Below are positions 13,052 through 23,064 of a stretch of DNA of 56,015 bases, piece by piece; within the stretch, counting starts at the first letter, position 1; each line of letters opens with the position of its first letter. Under the pieces are notes generated by a model. It saw nothing but the letters and a program-made list of their open reading frames with translations. It was not told the DNA's origin and did no database searches. Source of the stretch: Nitrospirota bacterium (GTDB lineage: Bacteria; JACPQY01); the NCBI GenBank assembly GCA_016180645.1, contig JACPAV010000023.1, positions 1 to 56,015 of the forward strand, given 5' to 3'. The position numbers and the translations under genes are program-made.

Positions 13052-13698
13052 GCGCCGGTCAGTTTTTCGACTTTGTCCTCCGGTCCAATCAGCATGAGGA
13101 CATCGCCCTTGTGGATGCGGTCTTCCGGGTCCGGGCTGAAGTCCCACCGCTTGAGATCGCTCGACCAGATGGCCACCACATTGATGCCGTGCAATTTCCG
13201 CAGGTCCATCTCACGGAGGGTATGCCCCCAATAGTTCTCCGGCGCCTTCCACTCCACCAACGCCGCTTCGTCTTGCAGCGGGAGAAAATCGACAATGCCT
13301 TGGGAAAGAATACCCTTCCCCAGCCGCTCTCCCATCTCCGCCTCGATTTGGACGGCGCGTGAGGCTCCGATCATCTTCAACACGTGGGCCTCGCGCTCCG
13401 AATTGGCGCGGGCAATGATCTGCTGAACTCCCATATCCTTCAGGAGCGTGACCGCCAGTACGGCGGACTGGAAGTCATCTCCAATGGCCACCACGCCCAG
13501 TTCGACGCCCTTCCCAATAACTTCTCGCAAGGAAGGCTCGTCCATCGCGTCCACCCTGGCGCAAAACGGCAGCACGTCCTTCGCGCGATCGACGGCGGAC
13601 GCCGAGGAGTCGATCCCAATGACCTCCCAGCCGCGCTTGGCGAGGGTTTTGGCCAGCGGCAGGCCGAAACGTCCCAGTCCGATCACGATGGTTCTCAT
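13048..13698 (-). CDS. TrkA/KtrA family K+ uptake regulatory subunit
   Basis: IGLGRFG RCK_N domain plus RCK_C domain. Confidence 0.93.
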   Translation of the reverse strand: MRTIVIGLGRFGLPLAKTLAKRGWEVIGIDSSASAVDRAKDVLPFCARVDAMDEPSLREVIGKGVELGVVAIGDDFQSAVLAVTLLKDMGVQQIIARANSEREAHVLKMIGASRAVQIEAEMGERLGKGILSQGIVDFLPLQDEAALVEWKAPENYWGHTLREMDLRKLHGINVVAIWSSDLKRWDFSPDPEDRIHKGDVLMLIGPEDKVEKLTGA

Positions 13699-13713
13699 TT
13701 ACGTCCCTTGGGA

Positions 13714-15501
13714 TCAGCCGATGATAAGCCTTCCCTCGGGATATTCAATACTTCCCCGCTCCTTGGGCTTGGCCAGGGCGAACGCAAGCGTCAGGGGGCC
13801 CAATCGACCGACGAACATCATCACCGCGATGAGGATCTTCCCAAGGGGCGTCAGCAAAGGGGTAATGCCCAGCGAAAGGCCGACCGTTCCGAACGCCGAA
13901 ACGATCTCAAACAGAACGGCATTGAACGGGTGCGATTCGACCATCATGACCAGGCCGCCCAGTACGATGACGATGCCGAAACTGGCGAAGACGAGTGCCG
14001 TGGCCTTTGCGATGACCTCGGGACTGACGGTCCGGCGGAACGCGACGGCCGAGCGTCGCTGGAACATGGTCGTGCTGAAGGTCATCCACATCACGGCCGC
14101 CGTGGTCGTCTTGATCCCTCCGGCGGTACCACCGGGCGATCCTCCGACGAACATGAAAAGCATCACCAGGAGTGCCGCCGCGGAGGAGATCTGGGAAAAA
14201 TCGACGGTGTTGAATCCGGCCGTGCGCGGCGTGACCGATTGGAACCAGGAGGCCCACAATTTCTGCCCGAACGACAATGGGGCGAGTGAATGATTCCACT
14301 CCAACCCCAGGAAAAGGACCATGCCGAGCGCGATGAGCACGGCACTCGTCCACAGCACAAGCCGCAGATGGAGGGAGGTTACCGGCCTTGGGCCTCGCGG
14401 CGCCCAGAACCCACGTGAATTCCGCTCGCCGCCCCCGAAGCGAAGCCAAGGGGGAAGGCGCGGGGGCCAGCCGATCCAATGCGCCACACCGAGCCACACG
14501 GGGAAACCCAGACCCCCGACGATGATGAGACCGGGAACAACAAGATTGACGACCGGGCTGCCGACAAACGACATGAGACTGTCCGGGAAGAGGGCGAATC
14601 CGGCGTTGTTGAAAGCCGAGATGGAGTGGAAGACGGCGAGGTAGAGTCCGCGCGCGTCGCCGAGCGACCCCCGCCAGGCGGCGTACAGGCCCAAAGCCCC
14701 GAGCGCCTCTACACAGAATGTTACGATGACAATCGACTTCAACACGCCCCCGAGAGATCCGATGCCGGGAAGGTCCAGAGTTTCTTTCAGCGCGAGCTCA
14801 TGGCGTAGCTGCATCCGCCGCGCGGCCAGGAAAGGCAGTAGAGCGCCGAGCGTGACGATGCCGAGTCCGCCCACTTGAATGAGAATCATGAGCACGATCT
14901 CTCCGGGGAGGCTGAACGTCATGCCGGGGTCCACCGTCACCAATCCGGTGACGCAGACCGCCGAGGTGGACATGAAAAGGGCATCGATGAATGAGATTCC
15001 GCGGTCGGACTCGGTCATGACCGGAAGGGATAGGAGGACCGCGCCCACCAGGATCAACGTGGCGAAGCCCGTGACGGCCGTCTGGGCCGGCCGGAGTTCC
15101 AACGCTGCCCGCCATTCGGAGAATTTCCTCAGCCGGCTGGCGTAAATGCCCAAACTCAAAAGATAGAAGGCAACGTGATACCCGGGGGCGCGTATCGTCT
15201 CGAAGGACTCCACCAGGAAAAGCTCGCGCACGCGTTCCTCGACCAGCACAAGGACCAGCACCGTCATCAGGCTCCTGAGCCAATGCAGCTTGAAGTGCTT
15301 GACTCCCTCCAGCCGGATGAACCGAATCTGATCCATCGTGAAAGAAATGGTGATGGACGCCGCCACCGGAGTCCCCAGGAGGGCTGAAATCGTGCCGCCC
15401 ACAAGGAAATCGACGGCGGCTCCGGCCGCGAGACCGATCGGGATTCCCCATCGAACGAAGTGGCCCAGCGAGAGGAACGAAGGAACGCGGTCTTCCGTCA
15501 T
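13714..15501 (-). CDS. TrkH/KtrB family K+ uptake membrane subunit with N-terminal extension
   Basis: SAVCVTGL, SAFNNAGF, RTAGFN, GGSPGGTAGGIK and SAFGTVGLS motifs. Confidence 0.95.
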   Translation of the reverse strand: MTEDRVPSFLSLGHFVRWGIPIGLAAGAAVDFLVGGTISALLGTPVAASITISFTMDQIRFIRLEGVKHFKLHWLRSLMTVLVLVLVEERVRELFLVESFETIRAPGYHVAFYLLSLGIYASRLRKFSEWRAALELRPAQTAVTGFATLILVGAVLLSLPVMTESDRGISFIDALFMSTSAVCVTGLVTVDPGMTFSLPGEIVLMILIQVGGLGIVTLGALLPFLAARRMQLRHELALKETLDLPGIGSLGGVLKSIVIVTFCVEALGALGLYAAWRGSLGDARGLYLAVFHSISAFNNAGFALFPDSLMSFVGSPVVNLVVPGLIIVGGLGFPVWLGVAHWIGWPPRLPPWLRFGGGERNSRGFWAPRGPRPVTSLHLRLVLWTSAVLIALGMVLFLGLEWNHSLAPLSFGQKLWASWFQSVTPRTAGFNTVDFSQISSAAALLVMLFMFVGGSPGGTAGGIKTTTAAVMWMTFSTTMFQRRSAVAFRRTVSPEVIAKATALVFASFGIVIVLGGLVMMVESHPFNAVLFEIVSAFGTVGLSLGITPLLTPLGKILIAVMMFVGRLGPLTLAFALAKPKERGSIEYPEGRLIIG

Positions 15502-15552
15502 GCGCCTCCCTTTCCACTGCGTTTCAAGGACGGTGATCGGAAGGCCATGAAA

Positions 15553-16416
15553 TCAAGCACCGCCGACCATCCACGCGGAGCAGGATCCCGATTCCTTGGT
15601 CCGCTGGAGGGCCCTCCGGCAATCCTTCGCCGTTTCAAAGACGCCGAAGACGGTCGGCCCGCTCCCGCTCATCGCGGCATAGACGGCTCCCGTCTCCGTG
15701 AGAACACGTTTCAGCTCACGGACTTCCGGATGGAGTGCCACGGCCACCGGCTCAAGATCATTGCGGGCAAACCGGCGCCAGAACGTTCCATCGGAGAGTG
15801 ACGCCGAAAGGGCCGTGAAGGTCGATCGAGGTCTGGAGGGACGACGCCCCGCCTGATTCCAAGACTCGTAGATATCGCGCGTGGAAATTCCGAAACCCGG
15901 AAAAACGATGAGGTAGCGGAAGGCATCGGCCGATTCGATCGGTTGGAGAATGTCTCCCCGCCCGGTGGCGAGGGCCGTGCCATGGGGGGAGATGAAGAAG
16001 GGAACGTCCGAGCCCAATGTCCCCGCGACTTCCATCAAGTCTTTGTCCGTCAGTCCGAGCGCAAGGGCGCGGTTGAGCAGGAGGAGCGTCTGAGCGGCAT
16101 CGCTGCTACCGCCGCCCAGTCCCGCCGCCACGGGCACTTTCTTGCGAATGGTGATGCGCACGCCCATCGAGCTGTCCAGCCCTTTGAACAGCGCATCCGC
16201 CGCGCGAAAGGCAAGATTCCGCTCATCGGCGGGCACCCCCGGATCATCACAAAGGATGCGGATGCCCCTCACGTTCGTCACCGTCACCCCGATTTCATCC
16301 GCGAGCCCAATCTTCTGCATGACCGAATAGATGTTGTGATATCCGTCGTCCCGCTTTCCAAGAATGAGGAGGCTGAGATTCAGCTTGGCCGGCGCCGCCG
16401 CCTTGAACGTTCGCAC
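15553..16416 (-). CDS. ispE: 4-diphosphocytidyl-2-C-methyl-D-erythritol kinase
   Basis: APAKLNL, AGLGGGSSDAA, GSDVPFF and MSGSGPT motifs; GTG start at 16416. Confidence 0.96.
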   Translation of the reverse strand: MRTFKAAAPAKLNLSLLILGKRDDGYHNIYSVMQKIGLADEIGVTVTNVRGIRILCDDPGVPADERNLAFRAADALFKGLDSSMGVRITIRKKVPVAAGLGGGSSDAAQTLLLLNRALALGLTDKDLMEVAGTLGSDVPFFISPHGTALATGRGDILQPIESADAFRYLIVFPGFGISTRDIYESWNQAGRRPSRPRSTFTALSASLSDGTFWRRFARNDLEPVAVALHPEVRELKRVLTETGAVYAAMSGSGPTVFGVFETAKDCRRALQRTKESGSCSAWMVGGA

Positions 16417-16476
16417 CCGGGGATAGTAGCACAAATGGTTTGCAGGTCTGCCGATTCAGTATAATGTGCACCCACC

Positions 16477-17718
16477 TTGAAGAAGGAAGCGAAACAGAAA
16501 AAGACCGCCCTCATTCTATCCGGCGGTGGCGCCCGCGGCGCGTATGAAGCGGGAATCATCCGATTCATCCGTCAGAAGCTTCCACCCAGCGTGCAGGGAC
16601 ATGCGCGATTCGACATCATCTCCGGAACGAGCGTGGGGGCCATCCATGCTTGTTTCATGGCGGCCACCGCGGATGACCCGGAGAGCCAAGGCAAGCGGCT
16701 CGAAGACGTCTGGACCAGTTTCCGATTCGATTCGGTCTACTCGTTCGGAGTCGGCCAACTTTGGAGCGTTCTGAAATGGAATCTAGGGCGGAGTGCCCGC
16801 GAAACCCTCCAAAAAGGCCTCTTGCCCAGGCGCATGGGGGGATTTCTCAATACCAAACCGCTCGAACGGGTTGTGGTGAAAACGCTTCCTTGGAAAAACA
16901 TCAGCAGGAATTTGAAATCCGGGGTCCTCACGGCCCTGAGCGTGTCGGCTACCGACCTTCAATCCGGACACACCGTCGTCTTTGTCGAAATGGCCGATCC
17001 GCTTCCCGCGTGGAGCATGAACCCTTATATGGAGGTCAAGACCTCGCGCATCACGCCCTCCCACGCTTTGGCCTCCGCGGCCATTCCCCTCCTTTTTCCC
17101 TCCGTGCTCATCGAAGGTCGGTACTACTGCGACGGCGGCCTTCGGCAGAACACGCCGCTGAGCCCCGCTCTCCGGCTCGGGGCGGACAAGGCGCTGATCA
17201 TCGGCCTCCATCACCAGCCCACCAAACAGGAGAGTACGCGCGAGCGGCCCCTGAGAATCACCGACGTTCCAAACCATCCCGGCTATCTCCTCGGAAAAGT
17301 CCTGAACGCGTTCCTGCTCGATCACGTTGATTACGACATTTCCCGGCTCCAGCTTTTCAATGCCCTGCTTGAAGGCGGCGAGAAATCGTTCGGAAAGAAA
17401 TTCTTCAAAATGATGGACCAGATCACGATCCCCGTCCGGGGCGCGCCCTTCAAAAGGGTGACGAATCTTCTCATCCGGCCATCCGACGACATCGGCTCCA
17501 TCGCGGCCAAATACAGCAAACGCAAGCTCACGCCGGGGATGAAGGGGCTGCTGGATTGGACCCTTCGCAGAATGATGAAGCTTGGAACCGGCCGGCGGGA
17601 AGCCGACCTTCTCAGCTACCTGCTTTTCGACGGCGACTACGCCCGCGAACTCATGAACCTCGGCATGAAGGACGCAGAGAAGCGGAAGGACGAACTCATC
17701 GATTTTTTCATGGCGTAG
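16477..17718 (+). CDS. Patatin-like phospholipase
   Basis: LSGGGARGAY, GTSVG nucleophile motif, DGG motif; TATAAT upstream at 16460. Confidence 0.93.
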   Translation: MKKEAKQKKTALILSGGGARGAYEAGIIRFIRQKLPPSVQGHARFDIISGTSVGAIHACFMAATADDPESQGKRLEDVWTSFRFDSVYSFGVGQLWSVLKWNLGRSARETLQKGLLPRRMGGFLNTKPLERVVVKTLPWKNISRNLKSGVLTALSVSATDLQSGHTVVFVEMADPLPAWSMNPYMEVKTSRITPSHALASAAIPLLFPSVLIEGRYYCDGGLRQNTPLSPALRLGADKALIIGLHHQPTKQESTRERPLRITDVPNHPGYLLGKVLNAFLLDHVDYDISRLQLFNALLEGGEKSFGKKFFKMMDQITIPVRGAPFKRVTNLLIRPSDDIGSIAAKYSKRKLTPGMKGLLDWTLRRMMKLGTGRREADLLSYLLFDGDYARELMNLGMKDAEKRKDELIDFFMA

Positions 17719-17721
17719 GGA

Positions 17722-17817
17722 GGGGCCGGGATTTCCGCAGCCGGATATCCTTGCTTACCGTTGCTTCCTTCCGGATCTGGCGGGGTTCACACGATGGTCC
17801 GTCGCAGGCCCGGCCCC
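17722..17817 (-). ncRNA. ffs: Signal recognition particle small RNA (4.5S)
   Basis: Minus strand has GTGAACCCCGCCAGATCCGGAAGGAAGCAACGGTAAGC (domain IV with GGAA loop), closed by a GGGGCCGGG/CCCGGCCCC stem; extended -10 TGGTACAAT just upstream (17824-17832). Confidence 0.93.
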
Positions 17818-17926
17818 GACGCGATTGTACCATGCCACGGACGGTATGGCACCGCGCGGGAGGGCGGCCCACGATGGCCGTCCATCGACGCGGCGACGCG
17901 CCCGGAACCTTGGTCCAATCAGATGA

Positions 17927-18133
17927 CTACTTCTTGCCCGCGGAGTCCGAAAGAAGCTTCAGGATCTTGTCCAGCTTCCGGTCTACCACTCCCAGGAAAC
18001 CGATCGTCAGAGTGGCCACCACACCGATCATAGCGAGGGACGCCCCGCGCTCGTCAATGGTTCCCCGGATTTGAAGTAGAAGCACGCCAATGGAAAAGGC
18101 CGCGGACAGGATGGTAAAGCCCGCCCAAATCAT
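17927..18133 (-). CDS. Small hypothetical membrane protein (2 TM)
   Basis: 68 aa ORF with two hydrophobic helices; TAGAAT 6 nt before ATG. Confidence 0.65.
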   Translation of the reverse strand: MIWAGFTILSAAFSIGVLLLQIRGTIDERGASLAMIGVVATLTIGFLGVVDRKLDKILKLLSDSAGKK

Positions 18134-18230
18134 GCCCGCATTCTATTCCCCGAATCCGCTGATGGCAAACGTCAAGACACGGGGTCATGGTTTGCAGAAA
18201 GTCGCTCCATGACGCTAGACTGCGACATCG

Positions 18231-19043
18231 ATGGGTAAACCCCGAGAATCCTTGACCGTCGGATTGGTCCAGATGGACGCGCAAGACGACATGGTCGGAA
18301 ATGTGCGCCAATGCGAGAGCTTCATCCTTGAAGGCCGGCGGCGAGGTGCGCAGATCGTCGCCTTCCCCGAGCACTGCCTCTACCTCGGCAAGGACAAGTC
18401 GGTCGGTCTGAATCTCCAAGGCACCGAACTTCGGTCGCTGCAACGGGCGGCCGCTCGCGCAAGGGTCCATGTTCTCATCGGCAGTTTTCGAGAGAAAATC
18501 CGGGGCGAGAAGCGGGTCTACAACACTTCCGTCCTGATCAACTCAAGGGGCGGCATAGCCGCGATCTACCGAAAGATCCATCTGTTCGAAAGCCATTTCC
18601 GGACCGGGCCGAGTGTCACCGAGTCCGACTCGGTAAAACCGGGCAAGGCCATGGTTACCGCCCGGATCGGGGGAGTGGGAATCGGCCTCTCCATTTGCTA
18701 CGACCTGCGTTTCCCGGAACTCTACCGCAAACTCACTCTGAAAGGCTCCGAAATTCTGTGCGTTCCGGCGAATTTCAACGTCTTCACAGGGAAGGATCAT
18801 TGGTTTCCACTCCTGCAAGCGCGCGCGATCGAGAATCAGGCTTTCGTGGTCGCCCCGGCGCAGATCGGTGCCAAACCGGATGGCTGGATCGCCTTCGGCC
18901 ACGCCTGCGTCATCGATCCCTGGGGTCGAGTCCTTTTCGATGCCGGCAAGAAGTCCGGCGTCTTCCCCGTGAAACTCGACCTCGCCTACCTCGCCACCCT
19001 CCGCCGCGAGCTCCCCGCCCTCCGCAACATCCGGTTGATTTGA
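18231..19043 (+). CDS. Carbon-nitrogen hydrolase (nitrilase superfamily, Nit1-like)
   Basis: FPE, YRKIHLF and ICYDLRFPE catalytic triad motifs; ARAIENQ. Confidence 0.93.
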   Translation: MGKPRESLTVGLVQMDAQDDMVGNVRQCESFILEGRRRGAQIVAFPEHCLYLGKDKSVGLNLQGTELRSLQRAAARARVHVLIGSFREKIRGEKRVYNTSVLINSRGGIAAIYRKIHLFESHFRTGPSVTESDSVKPGKAMVTARIGGVGIGLSICYDLRFPELYRKLTLKGSEILCVPANFNVFTGKDHWFPLLQARAIENQAFVVAPAQIGAKPDGWIAFGHACVIDPWGRVLFDAGKKSGVFPVKLDLAYLATLRRELPALRNIRLI

Positions 19044-19120
19044 GCGGGGATGAGAGAGAAGGGACGGGTCCGTTCCGGCTCGTTGGAAAAACAAGCCATG
19101 CTTGGTATCATGCAGCAGGT

Positions 19121-19348
19121 ATGACCAACGCTGCCCAGACGGCCCTGAAAATGCTGGAGTCCCTGCCGGAGGAGATACAGGATCGCGTGGTTCAGTCGCT
19201 CGCTGGGATCATCGAAGAGGCCCGCGACGAAGGTCGATGGGACGAAGCATTCGTGGAGAGATCGGACGGGCTTGCCGCCGCCGCTCGGCGGGCACATGAG
19301 GAAATTGCCGCTGGGAAATCGCGTCCCATGGAATATGACAAATTGTGA
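19121..19348 (+). CDS. Putative type II antitoxin
   Basis: 75 aa acidic ORF (MTNAAQ...EYDKL) overlapping the toxin start; promoter TTGGAA-17-TATCAT upstream. Confidence 0.75.
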   Translation: MTNAAQTALKMLESLPEEIQDRVVQSLAGIIEEARDEGRWDEAFVERSDGLAAAARRAHEEIAAGKSRPMEYDKL

Positions 19349-19605
19349 CATCCCAGACTCTCCCCAGCTTCTGGGATTCGTATTCCACTCTCTCCGATAA
19401 CACCAGGAAAGCCGCGCGCAAGGCATACCGCCTCTGGCGCGATAACCCCTTCCACCCATCGCTTCACTTCAAGTGCGTCCATCCGGTCGAGCGGGTGTGG
19501 TCCGTTCGAATCACCCTCGGATTCCGCGCCTTGGGCGTCTTCGACAAAGAAACAATCACGTGGTTCTGGATCGGGAGCCACGAGGAGTACCTGCGTCGAT
19601 TCTGA
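19345..19605 (+). CDS. RelE/ParE-superfamily toxin
   Basis: NPFHPSLHFK, WSVRITLGFRALG and WFWIGSHEEY motifs. Confidence 0.85.
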   Translation: MTSQTLPSFWDSYSTLSDNTRKAARKAYRLWRDNPFHPSLHFKCVHPVERVWSVRITLGFRALGVFDKETITWFWIGSHEEYLRRF

Positions 19606-19759
19606 ACATCGCTCGATACTTGGAGCACCGCCTCCATCGGGCCGTCCCCGCCGCAAGCTCCCGGTCCCGCAATAGCCGATTGGTCTCCTGAACCACTCAT
19701 CCGTCACCGATCTCCGGCGTCTTTTGAATCCAACGGAGGCATCGGGTATCCTGTTTCCG

Positions 19760-20050
19760 ATGGATCTTCATGAACTTCTGCAAAGAAATCGCCGGGAAAT
19801 CCTCGGCATTGCCGCCCGGCACGGCGCGCACAACGTACGGGTCTTCGGCTCCGTTGCGCGGGGGGACGCCGATGAGGCAAGTGACTTCGATTTCCTGGTG
19901 GATCTTGAACCGGGCAGGAGTCTCCTCGACCTGGGAGGCCTTCTGATGGACCTGCGGGAGCTGCTGGATCACGAAGTGGATGTCGTCACCGAGAAAGGCC
20001 TGCGGGAACGCATACGCACACGCGTGCTTCGCGATGCCAGGCCCCTATGA
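19760..20050 (+). CDS. Minimal nucleotidyltransferase (MNT) antitoxin
   Basis: FGSVARGD...SDFD (GS-x10-DxD) and VDVVT motifs. Confidence 0.92.
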   Translation: MDLHELLQRNRREILGIAARHGAHNVRVFGSVARGDADEASDFDFLVDLEPGRSLLDLGGLLMDLRELLDHEVDVVTEKGLRERIRTRVLRDARPL

Positions 20051-20376
20051 GAGATGAGCATGAGCGCCTTCGTGATATTCGAGAGGCCATTGAACGGATA
20101 CAGAAGTACGCCGACAAAGGTCGGGCATCCTTCGAAGGCGACGAGCTGATTCAGAACTGGGTCGTACACCACCTACAGATCATCGGCGAGGCCTGCCGGG
20201 CGTTCTCCCCGAAGTTCAGAGATGAACATCCCGAAATACCCTGGTCGAAAATCATCGGAATGCGGAACATCCTGGTCCATGACTACTTCGGGGTGGACGT
20301 GGATCGCGTGTGGGCCGTTGTCGAGCGCGACTTGCCGGAACTCATGCTCTTGCTCGAAGCGATCTTGAAAGAATAG
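20047..20376 (+). CDS. HEPN (DUF86) RNase toxin
   Basis: IIGEA, PEIPW and RNILVHDY (Rx4HxY) motifs; coupled to MNT. Confidence 0.92.
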   Translation: MRDEHERLRDIREAIERIQKYADKGRASFEGDELIQNWVVHHLQIIGEACRAFSPKFRDEHPEIPWSKIIGMRNILVHDYFGVDVDRVWAVVERDLPELMLLLEAILKE

Positions 20377-20417
20377 AACCCTCACCGCCCCGGAATCCGC
20401 GCGAATGTAGCCCCCGA

Positions 20418-20807
20418 TCAAGGCCGGGCAAGCGCCTTCAGAAGTGCCATGAAGGCGGCCCTTTGAGACGGCCGCCGAACTCGGCGAAAGAGCCTGATCC
20501 ACCGCCATTCGGCTTCCGTCAGCAAGGTTTCAGCCCGCCCGCGTACCTTTCTTGCTGCCGGTTGCAAGTCCGCTGAAACACCTGCCCCCAGAAAGTAACC
20601 CGGCCCCACGTCCATGATCGTCGCCAATTGAGTCAGTCGCTCGACGGAAAAACTACTGACTCCCTTCTCATACTTCTGCACCTGCTGATAGCTGATCCCA
20701 AGCCTCTCCGCCACAGCCTCCTGTGACAATCCCAGCGCCCGCCGCCTGTTCCGCATTCTCTCACCAAGGTGCTTTCGCAACCGCAAGTTGTGTTCCCGCA
20801 CGGCCAT
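20418..20807 (-). CDS. XRE-family HTH transcriptional regulator
   Basis: GLSQEAVAERLGISYQQVQKYEKG helix-turn-helix. Confidence 0.9.
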   Translation of the reverse strand: MAVREHNLRLRKHLGERMRNRRRALGLSQEAVAERLGISYQQVQKYEKGVSSFSVERLTQLATIMDVGPGYFLGAGVSADLQPAARKVRGRAETLLTEAEWRWIRLFRRVRRPSQRAAFMALLKALARP

Positions 20808-20869
20808 ATCGGTGTAAGCCTACCCCGGCGGTTCATCCGCACCACCACTTAATGGTTGCGTTATTATGC

Positions 20870-20896
20870 TTGACAAATGCAACCTGTAGTTGTATT
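20870..20896 (+). promoter_or_regulatory. -35 box with adjacent palindromic operator (candidate XRE site)
   Basis: TTGACA (20870) followed immediately by AATGCAAC-CTGTA-GTTGTATT (7/8 inverted match). Confidence 0.6.
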
Positions 20897-20984
20897 CGAG
20901 CCGCGTAACGCGATGGACACGATCGATCGGCCGGCGGGACAACGGCCTCGCCCATTCGCGCCAAAGTCACGAAGGAGGACACCC

Positions 20985-21809
20985 ATGAAAACCGTTCGCT
21001 CCGTTTGTTGGGCCGTGTTGTTCGTGGTCGCGGGCTGTTCGGCAGAGGATGAAGAGACGGGGAAAGCCGGCGACACATCATCAAGCAGCACTTCAACTTC
21101 GTCCTCGACGACAACGTCGACTTCCAGCGCGGCCTCATCGCCGAAATACACCGTTACCGATCTGAAATGGGAAGAGGACCCCACACTTCACTACGTCAAT
21201 GTATCGGGCGCGGTGACTCGTGATTCAGAGGCGGGAACGGGCACAAAAGCGACCGTCAACTACTATTCGGATGATTATGTGACGGTCATCGATTCGGTCA
21301 AACAGACGCTTGGGGCGGGCATCACGGCAAAGGGGGGCCGAGAAAGGATCAAGGTTTCAAGCTTGAAGGTCTACGTGTTTCCAGCCACCGGCGGGTTCTT
21401 CAAGGTTTGTGTGGATTTCTCTTCGGAGAATTCCAACTACGCCACCCCGACCAAGGTGGGATGTTTCAATCCCAAGTACACAGTGAGCAATCTCGCCTTG
21501 ACCAAGGATTCCCTCAACTACGCCGTCGTCACGGGGACGGTCGTTCGCGACTCGGACCACGGCTCTGCAACCCAGGCCACAGTCCGATATTACTCCGACG
21601 ATTACACCACTCTGATTGACTCGGCCGATGAGGAGATCGGCGAGGACGTCAAGACCCAGGGCGGGCAGCAGGTCATGAAGATATCCAGCTTGAAGGTCTA
21701 TCTCCTCCCTAGCAGCGGCGGCTTTGCGAAAGTGTGCGCGGACTTTTCGGCCAAGAATTCGAACTACACCTCACCGACGCAACTCGGCTGCCTGACCGGA
21801 TCCAAATAG
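20985..21809 (+). CDS. Lipoprotein with Ser/Thr linker and two tandem ~110-aa homologous domains
   Basis: RBS AAGGAGGA; lipobox VAGC; both domains carry PKYTV, YYSDDY, SSLKVY, KVC.DFS and NSNY..PT..GC. Confidence 0.8.
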   Translation: MKTVRSVCWAVLFVVAGCSAEDEETGKAGDTSSSSTSTSSSTTTSTSSAASSPKYTVTDLKWEEDPTLHYVNVSGAVTRDSEAGTGTKATVNYYSDDYVTVIDSVKQTLGAGITAKGGRERIKVSSLKVYVFPATGGFFKVCVDFSSENSNYATPTKVGCFNPKYTVSNLALTKDSLNYAVVTGTVVRDSDHGSATQATVRYYSDDYTTLIDSADEEIGEDVKTQGGQQVMKISSLKVYLLPSSGGFAKVCADFSAKNSNYTSPTQLGCLTGSK

Positions 21810-21842
21810 GCCACGGGCGTCCCGTGGATCCGATCTGAGCCG

Positions 21843-22901
21843 TCAGGCCAGTGGCAGGATGGCGGCGCGGAGGTCAGCCGCCGGATCAAACGGCGGGCGG
21901 TAGCAGTGGAGGTACTTGCCGGCGGCGTATTTGAAGAACTTCCCGCGCGTACCCCGGCGCAGAAGAATTTCCATACCCTTGGGAAAAACGTTCACCACCT
22001 GCTGAATCCAAAGAACCTGGCGTAGCCGGCGCGTCTGGGCCTCGACCAGCCCCACGTAGTCTCGCTTCACCTCGTCGAGTGAACGCCGGCCCTCGATCCA
22101 CTCCTGGATCATCCAGCCGAGAAACGTGGCGAAGTACATGGAGGGTCGAATCCCCTCGCCCGTCAGCGGGAAACAGTGCCCCGCCGAGTCGCCCATGTAG
22201 AAAACGGCCCCCTGAACCACGGGACTCGCGGGCACTGCCGGCACGGCCCCGCCGTGCAACTTGCCCATCTTCAATCCCTTCTTCTCCAGCCATGCGCCGA
22301 GAATCTCCTTGAGATTGTGCTCGCCGTAGTACTTGATCACACCGAATCGCGTGGTCTCGCCGCACGGGAAAGCCCACGCATATCCGTAGCCGTTCCGGAT
22401 GAAGGCATCGTCAAAGTGGAACTGAAAATCCGGCGTACGGTCCGGAATCTCCGTTTCAATTCCCACTCCCTTGAGCGCCGGCGGGGAATCGCGACCCACC
22501 GCATTCCAACCGGAGGCATTGAGAATCACATCGGCCTCGAATGATCCCTGCTCCGTTCGGATGGTGTTGCCGTCGATGCGGGTGACTTTCGTCTGCACGA
22601 AATCTACATGAGGCCGCCGCGTGCCTTCCTCACAGAATGTCTTGTAGTTGATCGTGCAAAACGGCTCCTCGATGTCGATCGGCACCTCATAGCCGTTCAT
22701 CACACATCGGAAACGAGGACATGCGAATAGAATGGAGGAGCCAAGTCCGACGTAATCCACCCATGACTGAGGCAGACCACAGGCCGACGACTGGAAGGCC
22801 CCCGGCTGGGCGCGATCGAGGACCAGCACTTGTTCTTTGAGTTGCCGGATCGCGGCGACGCCGGCAAAGCTCGCTCCGATGACGGCCACACGATAGCGCA
22901 T
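21843..22901 (-). CDS. FAD-dependent oxidoreductase, geranylgeranyl-reductase-like
   Basis: VIGASFAG Rossmann motif, YAWAFP, GDSAGHCFPLTGEGIRP. Confidence 0.88.
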   Translation of the reverse strand: MRYRVAVIGASFAGVAAIRQLKEQVLVLDRAQPGAFQSSACGLPQSWVDYVGLGSSILFACPRFRCVMNGYEVPIDIEEPFCTINYKTFCEEGTRRPHVDFVQTKVTRIDGNTIRTEQGSFEADVILNASGWNAVGRDSPPALKGVGIETEIPDRTPDFQFHFDDAFIRNGYGYAWAFPCGETTRFGVIKYYGEHNLKEILGAWLEKKGLKMGKLHGGAVPAVPASPVVQGAVFYMGDSAGHCFPLTGEGIRPSMYFATFLGWMIQEWIEGRRSLDEVKRDYVGLVEAQTRRLRQVLWIQQVVNVFPKGMEILLRRGTRGKFFKYAAGKYLHCYRPPFDPAADLRAAILPLA

Positions 22902-22959
22902 GGGGGGACATCGTAGAGGCTAACACGGAAAGAGACAAACCATGGAGAGCCTGCAGCGT

Positions 22960-23016
22960 CGTCCCCGTGAAAACGGGGACCCAGATTCTGGATTCCCGCA
23001 TCCGCGGGAATGACGG
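22960..23016. repeat. REP-like palindrome doublet
   Basis: GTCCCCGTGAAAACGGGGACCCAG facing CTGGATTCCCGCATCCGCGGGAATGAC. Confidence 0.7.
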
Positions 23017-23064
23017 GATAGGGCCAATGGAATTGGGTGTGTACCCCGGTGTAGACTATCGCCG

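Noticed and set aside
19083-21809. Integron cassette array or prophage remnant
   Set aside because: No attC-like sites, integrase or phage structural genes seen; the genes have their own promoters and mixed orientation.
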